A stretch of 38,682 bases of DNA from Candidatus Methylomirabilia bacterium (GCA_041492755.1 JBGPXN010000025.1:1-38682); one strand, 5' to 3'; shown: positions 18,928-28,625, counted from the stretch's first letter. A program made the numbers and translations. The notes: generated from the letters alone by a model not told the origin.

Positions 18928-19785
18928 CTATTTGCCGGCTCCGCCGGTGATGCCGGTGATGAAGTGGTCGAGGAAGAAGCTGTAGAGGATCGCGACGGGC
19001 AAGCCGACGAGGAGCCCGGCGGCCATCAGCGAGCCCCAGTAGTAGACGTCGCCCCGGATGAGCTGCGTCGGGACGCCGACCGGTATCGGCATCTGATCTC
19101 CGGCCGCCACGAACGCGAGTCCGTAGAGGAAGTCCTGCATCGACAGCGTGAAGGCGAAGATCACCGTGGTGAGGATTCCGGGCAGGCTGATCGGCAAGAT
19201 CACCCGCACCATCGCGCCGAGCTGACCGCAGCCGTCCACGCGCGCCGCTTCCTCGATCTCCATCGGCACCGTTTTGAAGAACCCCATGAGGAGCCACGTG
19301 CAGAACGGGATGGTGAACGTCGGATACGTCAGGACCAGCGCCCACCAGGAGTCCTGCAGGTCCAGCGTGGCCACGATGCGGGACAGCGGCAGGAACAGGA
19401 TGATACCCGGCACCAGATACGTCATGAAGATCCCGATGCCGATATTCTCGGCGCCCGGGATCCGCAGCCGCGCGAGCGCGTAGCCGGCCGGCACCGCCGT
19501 CAGCAGCGTGATGCCGGCTACCCAGGCCGAGATGGTCAGCGTGTTCTGGAGCCATGCGCCGTAGTACGTGTTCTGGAACAGGTACGTGAAGTTCTTCCAC
19601 GTCGGCGGCATGTGGAACCAGAACGGGAAGATGTCCATGCGGTAGAGGTCGGGGTCCTGCTTGAACGCCGTGATCGCCATCCAGTAGATGGGAAACATCG
19701 CGATCACGATGAACGGGACCAGGCCGAGGTAGACGAGCGTGAGACGGCGGGTTTCCTTCGCCCGGCGGCCGGCCGGCGCCTGCAT
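18928..19785 (-). CDS. Carbohydrate ABC transporter permease (MalG-like)
   Basis: AGYALARL, VPMEIEEAARVDGC; paralogous to 13312-14163. Confidence 0.92.
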   Translation of the reverse strand: MQAPAGRRAKETRRLTLVYLGLVPFIVIAMFPIYWMAITAFKQDPDLYRMDIFPFWFHMPPTWKNFTYLFQNTYYGAWLQNTLTISAWVAGITLLTAVPAGYALARLRIPGAENIGIGIFMTYLVPGIILFLPLSRIVATLDLQDSWWALVLTYPTFTIPFCTWLLMGFFKTVPMEIEEAARVDGCGQLGAMVRVILPISLPGILTTVIFAFTLSMQDFLYGLAFVAAGDQMPIPVGVPTQLIRGDVYYWGSLMAAGLLVGLPVAILYSFFLDHFITGITGGAGK

Positions 19786-19786
19786 C

Positions 19787-20776
19787 CTAGTACTCCCGCC
19801 GCTTGAGGTTTCGGAGCAGCAGGATCATGAGCAGGAAGAGCGGGGGAAACAGGAAGAGCGCGATGGCCGCGCCGCGCCCGAGCGCCCCCGCCTGGATGCC
19901 GACCTGGTAGGCGAGCACCGGCAGGATCTTGGTCGCGTTGGCGGGGCCGCCCTGCGTGAGCAGGTACACGACGCTGAGGTCCGACAACGTGAAGACCGTG
20001 TCGAACAGGAAGCCGATCAGGAGGATCGGGGCGATCATCGGGACGATCACGTGGTGGAAACGCTGGAGGAAGTTGCAGCCGTCCACCTTCGCCGCGTCCA
20101 GCACTTCGGTCGGCACCGCGGTGAAGCCGGCCAGCAGCACGATGGCGGAGAACGGATACGTCCGCCAGACGTTGACGGCGATCACCGCCCACAGGGCCAG
20201 CTCCGGCTGGCCGAGCCAGATCGGCCAGCTGGGCGAGCCGTACATGCCGATGATCCCGGCGCGGCTCAGGACCCAGTTGATGGCGCTGAACTGCGAGTCG
20301 TACATCCACTTCCAGTTCAGTACGCTGATCGCGATGGGCAGCGTGAACGGGATCACGACGAGCCCGCGGATGATCTTCTTGCCGGGGAAGTTCTGCAGAA
20401 GCAGGAACGCGAGCGCCGTGCCGAGCAGACCCTTGAAGATGGCGGCCACGACCGTGAAGACGATGCTGTTCTCGAGCGCGAGGATGAACGTCTCGCTCTC
20501 CAGGGCCGCTCGAAAGTTCTCCAGGCCGACGAAGTTGGCCACCGGGTCCGCCACGGAGGCGTCGCTGAGGGCGAGGTACAGCGAGAAGAGGAACGGCGCG
20601 CCGACGAGCAGCACGACGTAGAGCACGGCCGGAGCGAGCAGCGTGTAGCCGAAGAGGTAGCGCCGGGTGGTCGATCGCCGCCACCAGGACCGCGTCCGGG
20701 GGCGGACGGTGGGGGGAACGGCGGCGGCGACCCCCGCTGCAACCTCGGGGTCGCCGCCGCGATGGACTACGGTCAT
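19787..20776 (-). CDS. Carbohydrate ABC transporter permease (MalF-like)
   Basis: FVGLENF, VLDAAKVDGC, LTQGGP; ATG 20776 overlaps the SBP stop (ATGA). Confidence 0.9.
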   Translation of the reverse strand: MTVVHRGGDPEVAAGVAAAVPPTVRPRTRSWWRRSTTRRYLFGYTLLAPAVLYVVLLVGAPFLFSLYLALSDASVADPVANFVGLENFRAALESETFILALENSIVFTVVAAIFKGLLGTALAFLLLQNFPGKKIIRGLVVIPFTLPIAISVLNWKWMYDSQFSAINWVLSRAGIIGMYGSPSWPIWLGQPELALWAVIAVNVWRTYPFSAIVLLAGFTAVPTEVLDAAKVDGCNFLQRFHHVIVPMIAPILLIGFLFDTVFTLSDLSVVYLLTQGGPANATKILPVLAYQVGIQAGALGRGAAIALFLFPPLFLLMILLLRNLKRREY

Positions 20777-22107
20777 GCGCGCTTGTACTTGGCGAAGATG
20801 CGGCGGTACTCGCCCATCCCCCACTTCATCACGTCTTCGATGGGCTGGTTGCGGGCCACGCGCGTGAACATGTCGGGCAGGACGAACAGGTTCACGACCT
20901 CCTGGACCGGAGTCGTGAACGGCCCGGGATGGCCGTAGAAGGCGACGATCTTGGGGAAGTCCTGGAGGATCTGCATCTTCGGATCGGCACCGATGATGGG
21001 CATCGGCTTCTGGGCGTCACCGAGGAGGTAGGGCATGTTGTAGCCGCGGCTCTGGATCATGCCCTCCTTGAAGTTGTCCAGGAAGTGGACCAGGAACTCC
21101 TTGGCCGCCTGCTGGTTCTTGGAGAACTTCCAGATCATGTAGACGTTGGCGGCCGCGGTGCTGACGCGCTTGCCGCCCGGGCCCGCCGGCTCCATGGCGA
21201 TGAAGGTGTTCTTGAAAACGTCGGGGTTCGTGTCCTCGGTCGTGCGGTAGGCCGAGATGGCGTCGTGGATCCAGCAGCCGACGCCCGAGGCCAGGAAGCG
21301 ATTGTCGGAGGCATCGTCCCAGGAGAAGACCTCCGGGGTCATGCCCTCGTCGAACAGCGCCTTGGCGAAGCGCAGCGTCTCGCGCGTCTCCTTGGAGTCG
21401 ATGAGGATGTTCTCGCCGGACGGATCGGTCTCGCCGCCGCCGAAGCTGAAGAGCAGCGAGCGCCAGTTGAGGTTGGCGTCGGCGCACTGTGAAAACTGGA
21501 TGCCGGTGGGATGGCCCTTCGGCTTGAGCGTGCGCGCGGCGACTCGCGCGAGCTCCCACGTGTCCGGCGCCTTCAGATTGTTCGCGTCGAAGAGATCCTT
21601 CCGATACAGCATCGGCAGCAGGATGTAGAACATCGGCACGCCGAACTGCCGCCCCTCGACCTCGACCAGCGGCTTGGCGGTCGGGATCCAGCCGCCGTGC
21701 TTCTTGCCGGTCGAATCGAAGATGTCGCTGATGTCGGCCAGGCTCTTGTAGTAGAGCCGGGTCAGGATCGACGAGCCGTTCATGATGATGTCGTGGCCGG
21801 CACCGGCCGCGAACTCGGCCGCCATGCGCGCCGGCAGCTCGAGGTGCGGGATGTGGTCCACGCGCACCTTCACGCCGAGCTTGTCGCCCCACTCCTTCGT
21901 GAACTTGGTGTCGAACCACGTGTCGTAGGCGGGAATGAAGTGGCTCCACTGCAGAATGCGGAGCGTCGTGCCCCTGGGCTGGGCCGGCGCCTGACGCGCC
22001 TCCAGCATCGTGGCAAGCGATCCTCCCGCGACACCGACTCCGGTTGTCTTCAGAAAGTCACGGCGACTGACGCCCGGACGATCGTGCGATGCTGAGCGAT
22101 CCATCAT
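20773..22107 (-). CDS. Extracellular solute-binding protein, Tat signal
   Basis: SRRDFLK Tat motif, RQAPAQ, LQWSHFIPAYD, WDDASDNRFL; AAGGAGG RBS. Confidence 0.9.
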   Translation of the reverse strand: MMDRSASHDRPGVSRRDFLKTTGVGVAGGSLATMLEARQAPAQPRGTTLRILQWSHFIPAYDTWFDTKFTKEWGDKLGVKVRVDHIPHLELPARMAAEFAAGAGHDIIMNGSSILTRLYYKSLADISDIFDSTGKKHGGWIPTAKPLVEVEGRQFGVPMFYILLPMLYRKDLFDANNLKAPDTWELARVAARTLKPKGHPTGIQFSQCADANLNWRSLLFSFGGGETDPSGENILIDSKETRETLRFAKALFDEGMTPEVFSWDDASDNRFLASGVGCWIHDAISAYRTTEDTNPDVFKNTFIAMEPAGPGGKRVSTAAANVYMIWKFSKNQQAAKEFLVHFLDNFKEGMIQSRGYNMPYLLGDAQKPMPIIGADPKMQILQDFPKIVAFYGHPGPFTTPVQEVVNLFVLPDMFTRVARNQPIEDVMKWGMGEYRRIFAKYKRA

Positions 22108-22322
22108 GGTTGCCTCCTTGAGGGTTGGGACGGGACCGTGGAGCCACGCTTCTCACTTAACCAATCGCTTATGAAGCCACCTCCGACGGGCATGACGATG
22201 CTAAAAAGTTAATTCTTTTAAGCTTTCGCGTGGGGACTTGTCAAGTAGCGTTCACGGTCACGACAGGCGACGACAGCGACCAACGCCAACCTCCCGCCTT
22301 TCCAGTGATACTCTGACGCGCC

Positions 22323-22697
22323 ATGCGCCGGCCGGTAGTGGTCCTCGTGATCGTCCTGGCCGTGGTCGGACTGTTCGCGGGTGGGCTGGCGTGGCTCCTC
22401 GATACCCCCCCGGCACCGGCCGGCGCCAGCCGTGCTGCCCGCCTGTACTACGGATTCTGTGTCCCCTGCCACAGCGTAGACGGCCGCGGGTCGTGGCGAG
22501 CGTTCCTCTTCCTGCTGCGGCCAGGCGATCTCAGCGACCGCGGGCGCATGCGGCAGCACTCCGACGAGTACCTGTTCAACATCATCAAGTACGGCGGGGC
22601 GAACTTCGGTCGTCCCGGGATGCCGGCGTTCGGGTACCAGCTCAGCGACGAGGAGGTCAAAGAGCTCGTCGCCTACGTGCGAACGCGCGCGCGCTGA
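22323..22697 (+). CDS. Membrane-anchored monoheme cytochrome c
   Basis: N-terminal TM helix, CVPCH heme motif, distal Met in GMPAF, LSDEEVKELVAYVR. Confidence 0.85.
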   Translation: MRRPVVVLVIVLAVVGLFAGGLAWLLDTPPAPAGASRAARLYYGFCVPCHSVDGRGSWRAFLFLLRPGDLSDRGRMRQHSDEYLFNIIKYGGANFGRPGMPAFGYQLSDEEVKELVAYVRTRAR

Positions 22698-22762
22698 GCC
22701 GCCCCGTTTTCGGACGTCTCTGAGGGCAGGGTTCTTGCTTTTCATCCGTAGGCGTCGGGACT

Positions 22763-23044
22763 TCATGGAGGGAGCCGCTCGATCCGAAGCAGGGTGAGCT
22801 GATCGTCCTTGGCCCGGACGGCGAGGCGGACGCGGTCGCCGGGCTTCACGCCGACAGCATCGATCAGCTTCGGGTCGCCGAAGACGGCCATCAGCTCCAT
22901 CGCGCCCATGGACAGGCCGGGCACGGCACCGTGCCGGACCAGTAACAGGTTGGACGCGGGGCGGGCCACGACCTCACCTCTGACCTCGTACGCGGGCGGG
23001 CGCACGACGGTTCCCCACAGCCCGACCGCGAACGCCAGGAGCAA
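22763..23044 (-). CDS. CusF-like copper-binding protein (start uncertain)
   Basis: YEVRGEVV..LLVRHGAVPGLSMGAMELM..VKPGDRVRL fits an OB-fold with His/Met ligands as in CusF-family domains. The hydrophobic frame extends upstream of the TTG. Confidence 0.65.
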   Translation of the reverse strand: MLLAFAVGLWGTVVRPPAYEVRGEVVARPASNLLLVRHGAVPGLSMGAMELMAVFGDPKLIDAVGVKPGDRVRLAVRAKDDQLTLLRIERLPP

Positions 23045-23051
23045 CGCGACG

Positions 23052-23093
23052 AACAGAAAAACGAGCGCCCACCGCGCGCGGCGGTGGGCGCTC
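23052..23093 (-). terminator. Putative intrinsic terminator
   Basis: Minus strand has a 13-bp stem GAGCGCCCACCGC/GCGGTGGGCGCTC followed by GTTTTTCTGTT, 20 nt after the stop at 23114. Confidence 0.5.
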
Positions 23094-23113
23094 GGGGCGG
23101 AAAGCTTGAACGT

Positions 23114-23509
23114 TCAGCGCCTCATCGACTGCCCGTAGTCGAACCGGTCACTTACCTGATTCGGGCGGATGTCGTCACCGGTAACGACCCACTTCGTCCC
23201 GCAGCCTTCCTCGACGACCCGGGTGCTCGCCTTGTAGCCGCTGCCGAGCGTGAGCCCGAACAGCGTCACGCCGAGCGCGGCGCCGAGCACGCAGAGCCCC
23301 ACGTTGAAGGGCGCCTTGAACGCGGTCAGCACGCCGGCGCCGATGTCGTAGGCATCGGTCCCGCGCGGCTCCGCCGCCGACTCCTTGAGTCGTTCCCGTA
23401 CGAGATCCGGGGACGTCGCCCCCTGAGCGAAGGCGACCGGAGACAGGGGTCCTCCGAGCGCGAACGCGACCACGGCCACGAACGCCACGAGCCGCAAACC
23501 GTTTTGCAT
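23114..23509 (-). CDS. Hypothetical exported/membrane protein
   Basis: 131 aa; GGAGGAGGG RBS, signal peptide (AFA/Q), one hydrophobic segment, two Cys. Confidence 0.7.
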   Translation of the reverse strand: MQNGLRLVAFVAVVAFALGGPLSPVAFAQGATSPDLVRERLKESAAEPRGTDAYDIGAGVLTAFKAPFNVGLCVLGAALGVTLFGLTLGSGYKASTRVVEEGCGTKWVVTGDDIRPNQVSDRFDYGQSMRR

Positions 23510-23656
23510 GGTGCCCTCCTCCGAAAGAGAGACCCACTGATCTTAACGCAGGGACGACCCGGTGGCCCAAAGGTGCCGCCATGGCGCGAGGCCCGGGCGC
23601 GCGGGAGAAGGCGGGGCTATAATCGGCCCCACACCCTTCGTCCGGAGGATCGCCCC

Positions 23657-24559
23657 ATGAAGCTCGTCCGGTTCTCGGTCAACGGTCAACCGCCCCGCGT
23701 TGGAGCACTCCAGGGCGACCGCATCGCCGATCTGCAGGCCAGCCTGGCCGCCTCCCTGGCCCGCCGCGGCATCGTCCGCGCGCAGGAGATCGCGACCACG
23801 CTGGTCCCGCCCAGCGCCCGCGCATTTCTCGAGGGTGGCTCGGCGGCGCAGGAAGCCGTCAACTCGATCACGGACTGGGTGACGGTGCCGGCGAGCTCGG
23901 CGCGCCTGCACGCCCCCATCAGCGATCCCGGCAAGTTCATCTGCATCGGGCTGAACTACCGCGATCACGCGGAGGAAGCCGGGCAGCCGATTCCCAAGGA
24001 GCCGCCGATCTTCGCGAAGTGGGCGAACGCGATCCTCGACCCGGGCGAGCCCATCCTTCGAGCGCGCGCCTCGACGCAGCTCGACTGGGAAGTGGAGCTG
24101 GGGGTGGTGATCGGCCGCACCGCCCGGCACGTCTCGCGCGAGCAAGCGCTCGACTACGTGTGGGGCTACACGATCATCAACGACGTGAGCGCGCGCGACT
24201 TCCAGTTCCTCACCAGCCAGTGGATGGCCGGCAAGATCCCGGACACCTACGCGCCCGTCGGCCCGTACGTCGCGGACCGCGGCGAGATTCCCGATCCGCA
24301 CGTCCTCAGCCTCAAGACCTGGGTCAACGGCACCCAGATGCAGAACGGCAACACCAAAACGCTGATCTTCGACGTGCGCTACCTGGTGAGCTATCTGTCG
24401 GGTCTCATCACCCTGCAACCCGGCGATCTGATCGCGACGGGCACTCCGCCCGGCGTCGGCTTTGCCAAGAAGCCGCCGGTGTTCATGCAGCCGGGTGACG
24501 TCTGCCGGATGGAGATCACCGGGCTGGGCGTGCTCGAGAACCCGATCAAGGAAAGCTGA
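23657..24559 (+). CDS. Fumarylacetoacetate hydrolase family protein
   Basis: KFICIGLNYRDH, LDWEVELGVVIG, GYTIINDVSARD, GDLIATGTPPGVG; TATAAT and GGAGG upstream. Confidence 0.93.
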   Translation: MKLVRFSVNGQPPRVGALQGDRIADLQASLAASLARRGIVRAQEIATTLVPPSARAFLEGGSAAQEAVNSITDWVTVPASSARLHAPISDPGKFICIGLNYRDHAEEAGQPIPKEPPIFAKWANAILDPGEPILRARASTQLDWEVELGVVIGRTARHVSREQALDYVWGYTIINDVSARDFQFLTSQWMAGKIPDTYAPVGPYVADRGEIPDPHVLSLKTWVNGTQMQNGNTKTLIFDVRYLVSYLSGLITLQPGDLIATGTPPGVGFAKKPPVFMQPGDVCRMEITGLGVLENPIKES

Positions 24560-24566
24560 CGGGCCG

Positions 24567-25766
24567 ATGCTCGATTTCCTCGCGCCGCTCGTCGTCTCGA
24601 ACACGACGAAGATCGTGCTCCTGTCGCTCGACGGGATCGGAGGGCTTCCGCGACCCGAGACGGGCAAGTCCGAGATGGAAGAGGCGCGGCTCCCGAACCT
24701 CGACGGGCTCGCCCAACGCGCGGCGTGCGGGCTGATCCGCCACGTCGCGCCCGGCATCACCCCCGGGAGCGGGCCGGGCCACCTGGGCCTGTTCGGCTAC
24801 GATCCGCTCCGGTACCAGGTCGGACGCGGCGTGCTCGAATCGCTGGGTATCGAGTTCGATCTCCGCGCGGGCGACGTCGCCGCCCGCGGCAACTTCTGTT
24901 CGGTCGACGGCGCCGGTCTCATCACCGACCGCCGCGCCGGCCGCATCGCCACGGACGTCTGCATCCGTCTCACCGAGCGCCTGCGCGGTATCCGTTTGCC
25001 CGGGGTCGAGCTCCACGTCGAGCCGGTCAAAGAGCACCGCTTCGTGCTGGTCATGCGCGGTCCCGGTCTCAGCGGCCGGCTCAGCGAAACCGACCCGCAG
25101 GTGCTGGGCAAGGTGCCCCGGCCCGTCCGGCCGATGGAGCCGTCGGCCGCGGCGACCGCACAGTCGGTCAACACGTTCATCGCGGAAGCCGGCCGCCGGC
25201 TGGCCGACGCGGCGCCCGCCAACATGGTCCTGCTGCGCGGATTCGACCAGTTGCCGGCGCTGCCGCGGTTCTCCGAGGTCTTCCAGCTCAAGGCGGCGGC
25301 CATCGCGGCGTACCCGATGTACCGCGGGCTCGCGAAGCTCGTGGGGATGGAGGTGCTGAAGACCGGCAGCACCTTCGCGGACGAGGTCGCGACCCTTCAG
25401 CAGCACTGGGACAGCTACGACTTCTTCTTCCTCCACTACAAGGACACGGACAAGGCCGGCGAGGACGGTGACTTTCCGGCGAAAGTCGCGGCGCTCGAGC
25501 GGCTGGACGCGTTCGTGCCCGAAATCATGGCGCTCGAGCCCGACGTGTTCGTGGTCACGGGCGACCACGCCAGCCCCTCGGTACTGGCCGGTCACGGCTG
25601 GCAGCCGGTGCCGGTGGTCCTCTCGAGCCGGTACTGCGGCGCGGATCCCGTGACCACCTTCACGGAGCGGGCGTGCGCGGCCGGCACGCTCGGCGTGCTG
25701 CCGGCGCAGCACCTGATGCCGCTCGTCATGGCCAACGCCCTCCGGTTGACCAAGTTCGGAGCCTGA
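24567..25766 (+). CDS. apgM: 2,3-bisphosphoglycerate-independent phosphoglycerate mutase (ApgM type)
   Basis: LDGIGG, TPGSGPGHLGLFGYDP, DRRAGRI, YPMYRGLAKLVGM, VTGDHASP. Confidence 0.88.
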   Translation: MLDFLAPLVVSNTTKIVLLSLDGIGGLPRPETGKSEMEEARLPNLDGLAQRAACGLIRHVAPGITPGSGPGHLGLFGYDPLRYQVGRGVLESLGIEFDLRAGDVAARGNFCSVDGAGLITDRRAGRIATDVCIRLTERLRGIRLPGVELHVEPVKEHRFVLVMRGPGLSGRLSETDPQVLGKVPRPVRPMEPSAAATAQSVNTFIAEAGRRLADAAPANMVLLRGFDQLPALPRFSEVFQLKAAAIAAYPMYRGLAKLVGMEVLKTGSTFADEVATLQQHWDSYDFFFLHYKDTDKAGEDGDFPAKVAALERLDAFVPEIMALEPDVFVVTGDHASPSVLAGHGWQPVPVVLSSRYCGADPVTTFTERACAAGTLGVLPAQHLMPLVMANALRLTKFGA

Positions 25767-25815
25767 TCCAAGACTCGACGGCTCGCAGGTTGCTTCTGCT
25801 GCCGGGAGAGCATTC

Positions 25816-28041
25816 ATGCGTTTTCTGCTGAGACTGCTCGCCGCCCTGTGGCTCGCGACGCTCGTCGTCAGCATCGGCTTCGCCTATTTCGAGGTCCAGG
25901 AGGATCGAGCCCAGCTCGTCCAGGACCTCCAGCGGCGGGCGGCGCTCGTCGCCGACGCCGTCCGCGAGGCGGCCGAGCCGCTGGTGGCGCGGCAAGCCCG
26001 AGCCGGCTACGACCGGGTGTTGAAAAGGTTCGGCCGCACCGATCGCGGTATCGGCCTGTTCGACGAGTTCGGCGGGGTCATCGAGGCCACGGCCGACGTC
26101 CGGCCGTACGTCGGGCCGCTTTCTCCCATCGTGTCCGACGCCATCCAAGCCAACGGTCCCGTGCGGCGCTTCCAGGTCCTGGGCGGGCGGACGACCTTCG
26201 TTCACGCGATACCGTTACAGAAAGACGACCGCCCGATCGGCGCCGCCGCCGTCGTCCTCGACGCGGACTATCTGGAACGCAGCGAGTGGGCGCTGTGGCA
26301 GCGGACCGGGGTGCGCCTTGGCGTCCTCATCCTGTTCCTGTCCGGAGTGACGTGGCTGCTCGTGCGCTGGAGCATCGCCCGCCCCCTGGCGCGCATGACG
26401 GAGTGGACCAAGCAGGTGCGCTCGGGGCGTCCGCTCGTGCCGCCTCCCGATGCGGACGCCTATCTCTTCGGCTCGCTCGCCGGCGAGGTGGCTGGCCTGG
26501 CCCGCACGCTCAACCGGGCGCGGACGGCGGCCGAGCACGAGGCACGGCTTCGGCTCATGGGTGAGAGCATCTGGACCGAGGAGCGGCTCAAGCAGTTCGT
26601 GCTGATGCGCTTCGGCAACCGCCCCATCTTCGTTATCTCGAACCGCGAGCCCGTCAGCCACGTTCGGGATGGCAAGGGCATCCGGACCTTGCAGCCGGCG
26701 AGCGGCCTCGTCACCGCCCTGGAGCCGATCATGCTGGCGTGCGGTGGCGTGTGGGTCGCGCACGGCAGCGGCGACGCCGACCGCCTGGTCGGCGAGCGCG
26801 TGGGCGTGCCGCCCGAGGACCCAACCTACACGCTGCGACGCGTCTGGCTCGATGCCGAGGAGGAAGCCGGCTATTACTACGGCTTCAGCAACGAGGGGCT
26901 CTGGCCGCTCTGCCACATCGTCCACGAGCGGCCGCAGTTCCGCGCCGACGACTGGCGCCATTACCGTGCCGTCAACGAGCGCTTCGCGCGCGCGCTCCTC
27001 GAGGAAATGGAGAAGGCCGACGCCCCGGTCGTGCTCGTGCAGGATTACCACTTCGCGCTCCTGCCCGCGCTCATCAAGCGCGCGCGTCCGGACGCCAGCG
27101 TCGCGCTCTTCTGGCACATCCCCTGGCCCAACGCCGAAGCGTTCGGCATCTGTCCGTGGCAGGAGGAGATCCTGCTCGGGATGCTCGGCAGCGACCTGAT
27201 CGGCTTCCACACCCAGGTCCATTGCAACAACTTCCTCGACACGGTCGAGCGCACGATCGAGGGCCGCGTGGACTGGGACCACTTCGCCGTCGTCCGCGGC
27301 CAGCACACGACCCGCGTGACGCCGTTCCCGATCAGCGTGGCGCCGGAAGCCCACGACGGCGCCACCGACCGGGACAGCCTGCTCGCCCGCCTCGGCGTCG
27401 CCGCCGAGTTCGTCGGGGTCGGCGTCGAGCGCATCGACTACACGAAGGGGCTGCTCGAGCGCTTTCGGGCACTGCGTCGCTTCTTCGAGCGCTGGCCCGA
27501 ATATCGGCGGCGCGTGGTGTTCGTCCAGCTTGCGTCCCCGAGCCGCAGCCGCATTCCGCGCTACGAAGCGCTACAGAACGAGATCAGGGACACGGTCGCG
27601 CGGATCAACGAGGAGATCGGCGAGCGGGGCTGGCGTCCCATCGTCTACCACGAGCGCCACCACGACCGTGGCGAGATCACCGCGCACTATCGGGCCGCCG
27701 ACTTCTGCATGGTCACGTCGCTGCACGACGGCATGAACCTCGTCGCCAAGGAATACGTGTCCGCGCGCGAGGACAATGACGGCGTCCTCGTCCTCAGCCG
27801 CTTCACCGGCGCCTCGCGGGAGCTGCCGGACGCGCTGCTCATCAACCCGTACGACATCGAGGGCACCGCCGAGGCGATCCACCGCGCGCTGGAGATGCCG
27901 GCGGAGGAGCGGCGGATGCGCATGGCGCGCATGCGCGCCCATGTGGGGGAGCACAACATCTACCGGTGGGCCGGCATGCTGCTGGCGGAGCTGGCACGGC
28001 TGCCCCACGCGCCACCGGTGCGTCGCGAGCTGGCGAGCTGA
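25816..28041 (+). CDS. otsA: Trehalose-6-phosphate synthase (GT20) with an N-terminal TM / extracytoplasmic / HAMP-like extension
   Basis: C-terminal GT20 motifs: VISNREP, SGLVTAL, FSNEGLWPLCH, VQDYHF, FWHIPWP, GVERIDYTKG, DGMNLVAKEY. The N-terminal ~250 aa has two TMs followed by SIARPLARMTEW. Confidence 0.9.
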   Translation: MRFLLRLLAALWLATLVVSIGFAYFEVQEDRAQLVQDLQRRAALVADAVREAAEPLVARQARAGYDRVLKRFGRTDRGIGLFDEFGGVIEATADVRPYVGPLSPIVSDAIQANGPVRRFQVLGGRTTFVHAIPLQKDDRPIGAAAVVLDADYLERSEWALWQRTGVRLGVLILFLSGVTWLLVRWSIARPLARMTEWTKQVRSGRPLVPPPDADAYLFGSLAGEVAGLARTLNRARTAAEHEARLRLMGESIWTEERLKQFVLMRFGNRPIFVISNREPVSHVRDGKGIRTLQPASGLVTALEPIMLACGGVWVAHGSGDADRLVGERVGVPPEDPTYTLRRVWLDAEEEAGYYYGFSNEGLWPLCHIVHERPQFRADDWRHYRAVNERFARALLEEMEKADAPVVLVQDYHFALLPALIKRARPDASVALFWHIPWPNAEAFGICPWQEEILLGMLGSDLIGFHTQVHCNNFLDTVERTIEGRVDWDHFAVVRGQHTTRVTPFPISVAPEAHDGATDRDSLLARLGVAAEFVGVGVERIDYTKGLLERFRALRRFFERWPEYRRRVVFVQLASPSRSRIPRYEALQNEIRDTVARINEEIGERGWRPIVYHERHHDRGEITAHYRAADFCMVTSLHDGMNLVAKEYVSAREDNDGVLVLSRFTGASRELPDALLINPYDIEGTAEAIHRALEMPAEERRMRMARMRAHVGEHNIYRWAGMLLAELARLPHAPPVRRELAS

Positions 28042-28195
28042 AAGTCATCACCGTTCGCCTGTAAACCTTTCCGCTGTCAAACCGGCCCGCGCCGGGAAGC
28101 TCGGCCCAACTCCTCGAAATAGCGACTCCCGATTCATGGCATCCCGTTTGCCTTCCTTAGCCAACACGTTTCGCCCCCTGGAGAGGAGCACGGTG

Positions 28196-28435
28196 ATGAG
28201 AGACGAACGCCCGATGGACGAGAACGTGGTCGATATCGACATGAAGGGCGCGCCGGCCTGCGGCCGCTGCTTCATGCTCGTGGCCCGCTATGCATCCCAG
28301 GTCGTCGCTCGAACCGGGACGTACCACCGCGAATGCTACGAGGCGTGGTATTTCGGCCGTCACGGCAAGCGCCCACGGCTGGTTCAGAGCGCCGGCAACC
28401 GACACCGCTACCAGACCCGCGATCTCGCGGCTTAG
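28196..28435 (+). CDS. Small hypothetical protein with a CxxC-x18-HxxC putative zinc finger
   Basis: AGGAG RBS 7 nt before ATG 28196; 79 aa MRDERPMDENVVDIDMKGAPACGRCFMLVARYASQVVARTGTYHRECYEAWYFG... Confidence 0.65.
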   Translation: MRDERPMDENVVDIDMKGAPACGRCFMLVARYASQVVARTGTYHRECYEAWYFGRHGKRPRLVQSAGNRHRYQTRDLAA

Positions 28436-28478
28436 TCACCCGGAGCGGCGACGACCCGGCCGACGCCCCGCCGAGTGC

Positions 28479-28549
28479 GTCCTTCCGAGCCCTTGCCTTC
28501 TCGCCGTCCGCTCCGAGCCTTCCCGTTGTCCACTCCGAGCCTTCCCGTT
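28479..28549. repeat. 22-bp tandem direct repeat (2 copies plus 1 degenerate)
   Basis: GTCCGCTCCGAGCCTTCCCGTT (28506-28527), GTCCACTCCGAGCCTTCCCGTT (28528-28549), and degenerate GTCCTTCCGAGCCCTTGCCTT at 28479. Confidence 0.7.
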
Positions 28550-28625
28550 CTCTGGGCTTACGGTCGGGGGCTGTCGGCCTTGTACTCGCGTCGGGTTTGG
28601 GCCGTAGTGGGAGCGGAGGGCGGCG

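Noticed and set aside
23063..23116. Selenocysteine read-through at TGA 23114-23116
   Set aside because: There is no redox motif context. The hairpin lacks the AGGAA loop and 18-nt spacing seen at the Prx genes and is followed by a U-tract like a terminator.
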